DNA of 5,366 nt from a virus: the IMG/VR virus record IMGVR_UViG_3300003477_000057, one strand, 5' to 3'. The notes under the pieces were generated by a model, which saw only the letters and a program-made list of their open reading frames with translations, was not told the origin of the DNA and made no database searches. This document shows, one piece after another, positions 1 to 3,526 of this stretch (positions are counted from its first letter, which is position 1; every line of letters begins with the position of its first letter). The position numbers and the translations under genes are program-made.

Positions 1-99
1 ATGTGATTCTCAAGGAAATGTAACATATAGTAGCGCGGGAAAACAACCAGCATGGATTAATTACATGACAAATGTTAATCAAACAAGAGGAGATTTTGC
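1..99. repeat. Terminal redundancy, copy 1 (identical to 5268-5366), most likely an assembly overlap of a circular molecule
   Basis: Base-by-base comparison shows 99/99 identity with the last 99 nt. The repeat is bounded exactly by the window ends and lies inside the capsid reading frame. Confidence 0.97.
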
Positions 100-310
100 A
101 ATACAAGGAAATAGTATGTTTATGACTTTAAATAGAAGATACGAGCATGATGCAACAGGAATTGGAGATTTAACAACATATGTAGATCCAAGTAAATACA
201 ATCAGATATTTGCACAAACGGCCCTAGACAGTCAGAATTTCTGGGTACAAATTAGCAATAGAATTATTGCAAGAAGAAAGATGTCAGCGAAGGTAATACC
301 GAACTTATAG
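1..310 (+). CDS. VP1: Major capsid protein VP1 (phiX174 F-like), C-terminal part: 102 complete codons at 2..307 plus TAG at 308-310. This is the continuation of 3523..5366 across the circular junction.
   Basis: The frame is open from base 2, and base 1 is the third position of a codon begun at 5266-5267. The reading frame is continuous with 3523..5366 through the 99-nt overlap. The listed ORF 65..310 is only the Met-to-stop part of this frame. Confidence 0.93.
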   Translation, partial: CDSQGNVTYSSAGKQPAWINYMTNVNQTRGDFAIQGNSMFMTLNRRYEHDATGIGDLTTYVDPSKYNQIFAQTALDSQNFWVQISNRIIARRKMSAKVIPNL

Positions 311-315
311 TGAGT

Positions 316-333
316 AGTTTAGTTAGTTTAGTT
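316..333. repeat. Perfect tandem duplication of the 9-mer AGTTTAGTT (316-324 and 325-333)
   Basis: Read directly from the sequence. It sits in a cluster of stop triplets (TAG 308, TGA 311, TAG 315, 320, 324, 329) just after the capsid stop codon. Confidence 0.9.
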
Positions 334-336
334 GAA

Positions 337-354
337 GGGGGGGGAAACTCCCCC
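337..354 (+). other. G8-AAACT-C5 stem-loop, a candidate weak terminator, mRNA-stabilising hairpin or ssDNA structural element
   Basis: A G run occupies 337-344, AAACT 345-349 and a C run 350-354. G340-G344 can pair with C350-C354. This is the only strong G/C run in an AT-rich genome and lies 27 nt after the capsid stop. No T/U tract follows, so it is not a canonical intrinsic terminator. Confidence 0.5.
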
Positions 355-390
355 AGTAACTATGTACAATAAAGTTAAAAATTAAAAAAA

Positions 391-762
391 ATGTATAAAT
401 ATAGAAAACCGAGTAAAAGTTGTTTAACAAGTGTTGAAAAACTAGAAGGAGAACCAATAGAATGGAAAATTGAAAGAATCGTTAGTAATAAAGAACCTAT
501 TAGCGATGGAGCACCAAGTATTTTTACTGAAAGAAAAGATGGTGTGGTAAGTGCGTATAATATTAGGACTGATAGATGGGAAATTGCGTCGGAAGCGATG
601 GACAAAGTATCTGCAAGTATACAAGCAAAAAGAGACGGTAAAGGTCAAGTAAAGTCAAAAGTTAGCAATAGTGATGTTAGTGATACTAAAAAAGAAGCTA
701 AAGTGGTGGATTTAAAAGGTAAAGATGTTAGCGGAGCTAAGTCAACAGAAGGCAAGGCTTAA
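391..762 (+). CDS. 123-aa protein, putative internal scaffolding protein (VP3-like) of non-phiX microviruses; the function is tentative
   Basis: The ORF runs from ATG to TAA in the intergenic slot between the capsid and pilot genes. The core GEPIEWKIERIVSNKEPISDGAPSIFTERKDGVVSAYNIRTDRWEIASEAMD resembles, from memory, a conserved small protein of gut and Bacteroidetes-associated microviruses annotated as scaffold. The C-terminal third (about 628-759) is a K/S/D/G-rich, probably disordered tail. The leader is A-rich with no SD. Confidence 0.6.
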   Translation: MYKYRKPSKSCLTSVEKLEGEPIEWKIERIVSNKEPISDGAPSIFTERKDGVVSAYNIRTDRWEIASEAMDKVSASIQAKRDGKGQVKSKVSNSDVSDTKKEAKVVDLKGKDVSGAKSTEGKA

Positions 763-819
763 CAAGTAAGCTCAACAGGAGTGGTACGCATCTGTTCTTA
801 TATATCAAGTAGGTGCGAC

Positions 820-834
820 CGCTTTTGAAAAGCG
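820..834. other. 15-nt palindrome CGCTTTT-G-AAAAGCG (stem-loop) in the 763-862 intergenic spacer
   Basis: C820-T825 pairs with A829-G834 by direct reading. The surrounding approx 775-836 is noticeably more GC-rich than the rest of the genome. No T tract follows on either strand. Confidence 0.55.
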
Positions 835-862
835 CGAAATAATAATAAATTAAAATTTAAAA

Positions 863-1825
863 ATGAGTATAGGAGCAGCAGCAATTGGAATGTTAGGTGG
901 AATGGCAGCAGCCAAAAGCCAGAACAGAAATCAAAGAAGAATGATGGATGTGCAATATCAACATCAAAGAATGTTAAATCAACATGGTCATGATTTACAA
1001 ATGGATATGTGGAACAAAACAAATTATGGAGCACAAGTAAAGCATATGAAAGATGCTGGATTAAATCCAGCGTTAATGTATGGAAGTGCTGGACAAGGTG
1101 GAACAACAGGTTCTCAAGGTGGCGGAAGTGCAGCAAGTGGAAATGCAGCACAGGTTAGAATGATGGACATGCAAAATATGTTAATAGGTGCAGAATTAGA
1201 ATTAAAGAAAAAACAGGCAGATAAAACTGAAGCGGAAGCAAATAAAATAAAAGGTGTTGATACAGATTTAGCGAAAAGTTATATAGATAAAGCTTATGCA
1301 GAAATCGATAAGTTAATAGCAGATACTAAAAATGTAGAAGAGCAAACAAAGTTAACGCAGATTAATCAAAGAATTGCAGAAATAGAAGCGATATATAAAC
1401 CAGATCTATATGATAGTAACATAGAAAAAATGGGTGCTGAAATAAGAAAATTGACGGCAGATGCAAGGATTTCAGAAGAAAGTAAGACAAAAATAGTAGC
1501 GAATTTAACGGCTGATTATTGGTTGAAGCAAAGTGAAGCACAGAAAAACTGGAGTATAAAAGCGTTAACTGATGAAAATAAGAGAAAAGTAACGGCAGAT
1601 ATAGAATTAGCTTATGAGCAGATGGATATTAATTGGGGACAGTTGAATGTACAAGAGAAACAGATAATATTAAATGATATGAGGCAAAAACTAGATTTGA
1701 AGTTAAAAGAAATGGATTTGAGTTTTGCTGAAAGGAAGTTAATTGTGGATAGTGCAGTAAGTGTATCTAATAATCTAATAAGTACGGCAGGTGGAATGGC
1801 GCCAAAAACAATAAATAGGAACTAA
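863..1825 (+). CDS. VP2: Minor capsid / DNA pilot protein VP2 (functional analogue of phiX174 H), 320 aa
   Basis: The N-terminus is hydrophobic and Gly/Ala-rich (MSIGAAAIGMLGGMAAAKS). It carries the conserved microvirus VP2 motif KDAGLNPALMYG followed by a Gly/Ser-rich linker (GSAGQGGTTGSQGGGSAASG). The C-terminal region of about 200 aa is heptad-like and charged, consistent with a coiled coil. Confidence 0.85.
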   Translation: MSIGAAAIGMLGGMAAAKSQNRNQRRMMDVQYQHQRMLNQHGHDLQMDMWNKTNYGAQVKHMKDAGLNPALMYGSAGQGGTTGSQGGGSAASGNAAQVRMMDMQNMLIGAELELKKKQADKTEAEANKIKGVDTDLAKSYIDKAYAEIDKLIADTKNVEEQTKLTQINQRIAEIEAIYKPDLYDSNIEKMGAEIRKLTADARISEESKTKIVANLTADYWLKQSEAQKNWSIKALTDENKRKVTADIELAYEQMDINWGQLNVQEKQIILNDMRQKLDLKLKEMDLSFAERKLIVDSAVSVSNNLISTAGGMAPKTINRN

Positions 1826-1827
1826 AA

Positions 1828-2835
1828 GTGTGTTTATATCCGAAGTTTATTAGGAACAGGAAATATACTGTGACTAAAAAGAATGGAGGAAATGTTCCTG
1901 AAGTTAAAGACAAACGGGTACTAATGGTGCCCGTTGGTTGTGGAAAGTGTCTAGAGTGTAGAAAACAAAAAGCTACACAATGGCAAGTGAGATTACAGGA
2001 GGATATCCGAGTAAATAAGAATGCGAAGTTTGTAACCTTTACATTTAGTGATAAAGAACTAGCGAAGTTAGAAGATGAAATCAAAGGGATTGAAGGATAT
2101 GATAGAGATAATGAAGTCTGTAGAATAGCAATAAGAAGATTTACCGAAAGATGGAGAAAAAAATACAAAAAAACAGTAAGACATTGGATAGTTACAGAAA
2201 TTGGTGGTACGAGGACGGAGAGAGTGCATATGCATGGTTTGTTGTGGACAGACGAGACGAAGGGTACGATAGAGGAGATTTGGAAGTATGGGAAAGTTTG
2301 GATTGGAGATTATGTGAATGGGAAAACTATAAGTTATATTGTTAAATACGTAAATAAAGTTGATAAGAATCATAAAGAATATAATAGTAAGATTTTCACG
2401 AGCAAAGGTATTGGTGCCAATTATATGCAGAGAAATGATATTGAACGTAATAAATATCGTGAAGGGAAGACGATTGAAACGTACAGAACGAGAGAAGGAA
2501 TCGAGTTAGCACTACCGATCTATTATAGAAATCATATATATAACGATGAAGAAAAGGAGTTGTTATGGTTGGAAAAACTAGACAAAGAGGTGAGGTATGT
2601 AGATGGAGTAAAAGTTGATATAAGTAAAAGTGATGAAGAATATTATAAGTTATTGGAAGTTAAAAGGCAGAAAAGTAAGCGTTTGGGGTATGGAGATGAT
2701 GAAGTAAATTGGAGTTTGAAGCATTACGAAAATGAAAGAAGAAATTTGAAAAGGATGGAAAGAATGGAAAAAGTATATGGCCAAGCTGAGCAACAGGACG
2801 CGAGAGTACGCCTAAAAATTCTCATGGAAAGTTGA
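1828..2835 (+). CDS. VP4: Rolling-circle replication initiator VP4 (phiX174 gene A-like HUH endonuclease), 335 aa, GTG start
   Basis: The N-terminal MCLYPK and the CGKCLECR cysteine cluster are typical of microvirus Rep proteins. RCR motif I is FVTFTF (from 2029). The HUH motif is H134-M-H136 in RVHMHGLLW (2227-2235). The double-tyrosine motif is Y170-IVK-Y174-VNK (2335-2349), almost the same as the phiX174 A active-site YVAKYVNK. AGGA at 1817-1820 lies 7 nt upstream of the GTG. Confidence 0.95.
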   Translation: MCLYPKFIRNRKYTVTKKNGGNVPEVKDKRVLMVPVGCGKCLECRKQKATQWQVRLQEDIRVNKNAKFVTFTFSDKELAKLEDEIKGIEGYDRDNEVCRIAIRRFTERWRKKYKKTVRHWIVTEIGGTRTERVHMHGLLWTDETKGTIEEIWKYGKVWIGDYVNGKTISYIVKYVNKVDKNHKEYNSKIFTSKGIGANYMQRNDIERNKYREGKTIETYRTREGIELALPIYYRNHIYNDEEKELLWLEKLDKEVRYVDGVKVDISKSDEEYYKLLEVKRQKSKRLGYGDDEVNWSLKHYENERRNLKRMERMEKVYGQAEQQDARVRLKILMES

Positions 2836-3015
2836 GAATCTTTTATATAAAAAGTTGTTTATTAATGAGTTACGAGATGAGTAAAAAAAAAATTGGAAAT
2901 AGTTAACAAAGTTTACAAAAAAATGTTATAAGTTTGTTAGTAGAATGTTAGCAATCTTCTCTGTTAGACATAGTATAAATTATAAGACAAATTTGACAGA
3001 GTAAGAGGGTAAAAC
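2836..3015 (+). promoter_or_regulatory. Main non-coding region (180 nt), the likely promoter and regulatory region and possibly the origin region
   Basis: This is the largest ORF-free stretch. It is very AT-rich, with an A10 run at 2883-2892 and an A7 run at 2917-2923. It holds repeated TGTTA(G) motifs and a perfect Bacteroidetes-type -7 motif TAAGTTTG at 2929-2936. TTGACA at 2993-2998 has no -10 at a proper spacing. The SD-like AAGAGGG at 3003-3009 precedes the ATG at 3016. No promoter can be assigned with certainty. Confidence 0.45.
2924..2966 (+). repeat. Four direct copies of TGTTA (three of them TGTTAG) starting at 2924, 2935, 2946 and 2962; an iteron-like array
   Basis: Read directly as aaaTGTTAtaagttTGTTAgtagaaTGTTAgcaatcttctcTGTTAgaca. 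The spacing is 11, 11 and 16 nt. A fifth AATGTTA occurs at 3022-3028, just inside the next ORF. Confidence 0.6.
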
Positions 3016-3303
3016 ATGAAAAATGTTAATAACTCTAAAAAAACGCTCATGTCATACAATAGAAACTGCTTCGAACACTTACGAGAAAGCAGAAAACAAC
3101 AAAGAAAATTAGTCAGTTGGAAATGCGATTCTATATATGTAGATGTCGAAACTGGCGAAATAATTAGTAAATACCGATTAAGAAACGGTGAGTATATTAA
3201 AATTAAGTCAAACACTAAAATTAAAACAAATGAAAACGGAAACAAAAGTAAAACAATTACAACCGAATGTAGGGCCAATCAGTCCAGATTATTCGAACAA
3301 TGA
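3016..3303 (+). CDS. Hypothetical small basic protein, 95 aa
   Basis: The ORF runs from ATG to TGA and is the first ORF after the non-coding region. It has the only clear SD-like sequence in the genome. I count about 21 K/R against 10 D/E, a net charge near +11. There is no recognisable motif. The 3' part is a low-complexity K/N/T-rich stretch that overlaps the next ORF. Confidence 0.55.
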   Translation: MKNVNNSKKTLMSYNRNCFEHLRESRKQQRKLVSWKCDSIYVDVETGEIISKYRLRNGEYIKIKSNTKIKTNENGNKSKTITTECRANQSRLFEQ

Positions 3304-3526
3304 AGAATTAATCAAGAGGTTAAGTATAGAAGATAGTCCATTTGAAGTAATTACGAAAGATGGAGAAAGCTTTGGTGTAATGGGAAATTATAGGTTAACA
3401 GAACCAGGAAAAGACCCAGAGAAAATTAAAGCTGAATTAAAGAAAATCACATGGAATAGAATTATTCAAGTTGTGATGATATTAGATGAATTAAAAAGTA
3501 AAATTAAAACCCAAGAAAAAGTATGA
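3230..3526 (+). CDS. Hypothetical protein of about 98 aa from ATG 3230 (112 aa if GTG 3188 is used), translationally coupled to the capsid gene
   Basis: The frame is open over 3188..3526. ATG 3230 is the first in-frame ATG and has an A-rich leader like the other genes. Its TGA stop (3524-3526) overlaps the capsid ATG (3523-3525) in an ATGA junction. There is no recognisable motif and no TM segment. The start codon is uncertain. Confidence 0.6.
   Translation: MKTETKVKQLQPNVGPISPDYSNNEELIKRLSIEDSPFEVITKDGESFGVMGNYRLTEPGKDPEKIKAELKKITWNRIIQVVMILDELKSKIKTQEKV

Noticed and set aside
1-99. The 99-nt direct terminal repeat as a biological feature such as a DTR, LTR or att-like duplication
   Set aside because: The repeat lies inside the capsid ORF and is in phase across the junction. 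It is bounded exactly by the window ends. This matches a circular molecule assembled with an end overlap, not a real duplication.
375-648. Minus-strand ORFs 375..605 and 442..648
   Set aside because: They are antisense to a well-supported + strand gene. Their products are low-complexity and rich in L/F/I/S, as expected from the complement of A/G-rich codons. Microviridae transcribe only one strand.
2151-2345. A 64-aa + strand ORF embedded in an alternative frame of the Rep gene, a possible overlapping gene like phiX174 B, K or E
   Set aside because: The product is hydrophilic and W/E/D-rich with no TM helix, so it is not E-like. It has no SD or A-rich leader resembling the other genes. It spans the most constrained part of Rep, from the HUH motif to the Tyr motifs. 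I cannot exclude it without comparative data, but nothing supports it.
798-2373. Minus-strand ORFs 798..1151, 1767..2168 and 2068..2373
   Set aside because: They are antisense to VP2 and VP4, both of which carry strong family motifs. Their products are L/H/F-rich with no motifs, and no start context is visible. They look like a compositional artefact of a purine-rich coding strand with few antisense stop triplets.
2865-2906. A 13-codon micro-ORF (MSYEMSKKKIGNS) in the non-coding region, containing the ATGAGT(T/A)A direct repeat at 2865 and 2877
   Set aside because: It is too short and of too low complexity to support as a gene. It has no ribosome-binding context. It is more likely part of the AT-rich regulatory spacer.
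2993-2998. A perfect sigma70 -35 hexamer, TTGACA
   Set aside because: There is no acceptable -10 hexamer 16-18 nt downstream. That position falls on the ATG at 3016, and the nearest TA-rich hexamer, TAAAAC at 3010, is only 11 nt away.
3198-3224. A 9-nt direct repeat TAAAATTAA (3198-3206 and 3216-3224)
   Set aside because: It is a low-complexity A/T repeat inside coding sequence, and a repeat of that kind is expected by chance at this base composition. At the protein level it corresponds to the IKIK...KIK stretch.
3188-3229. GTG 3188 as the start of the second small ORF (the 112-aa version in the ORF track)
   Set aside because: It is not excluded. However, there is no SD or A-rich leader upstream of it, and using it would lengthen the overlap with 3016..3303 to 116 nt. 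ATG 3230, with an A-rich leader like the other genes, is the more economical model.
3188-3303. A programmed frameshift fusing ORF 3016..3303 to ORF 3188..3526
   Set aside because: A fusion would need a +1 shift. I see no recognisable +1 shift site, and no X XXY YYZ heptamer with a downstream structure in the overlap. Independent initiation at 3230 explains the arrangement.
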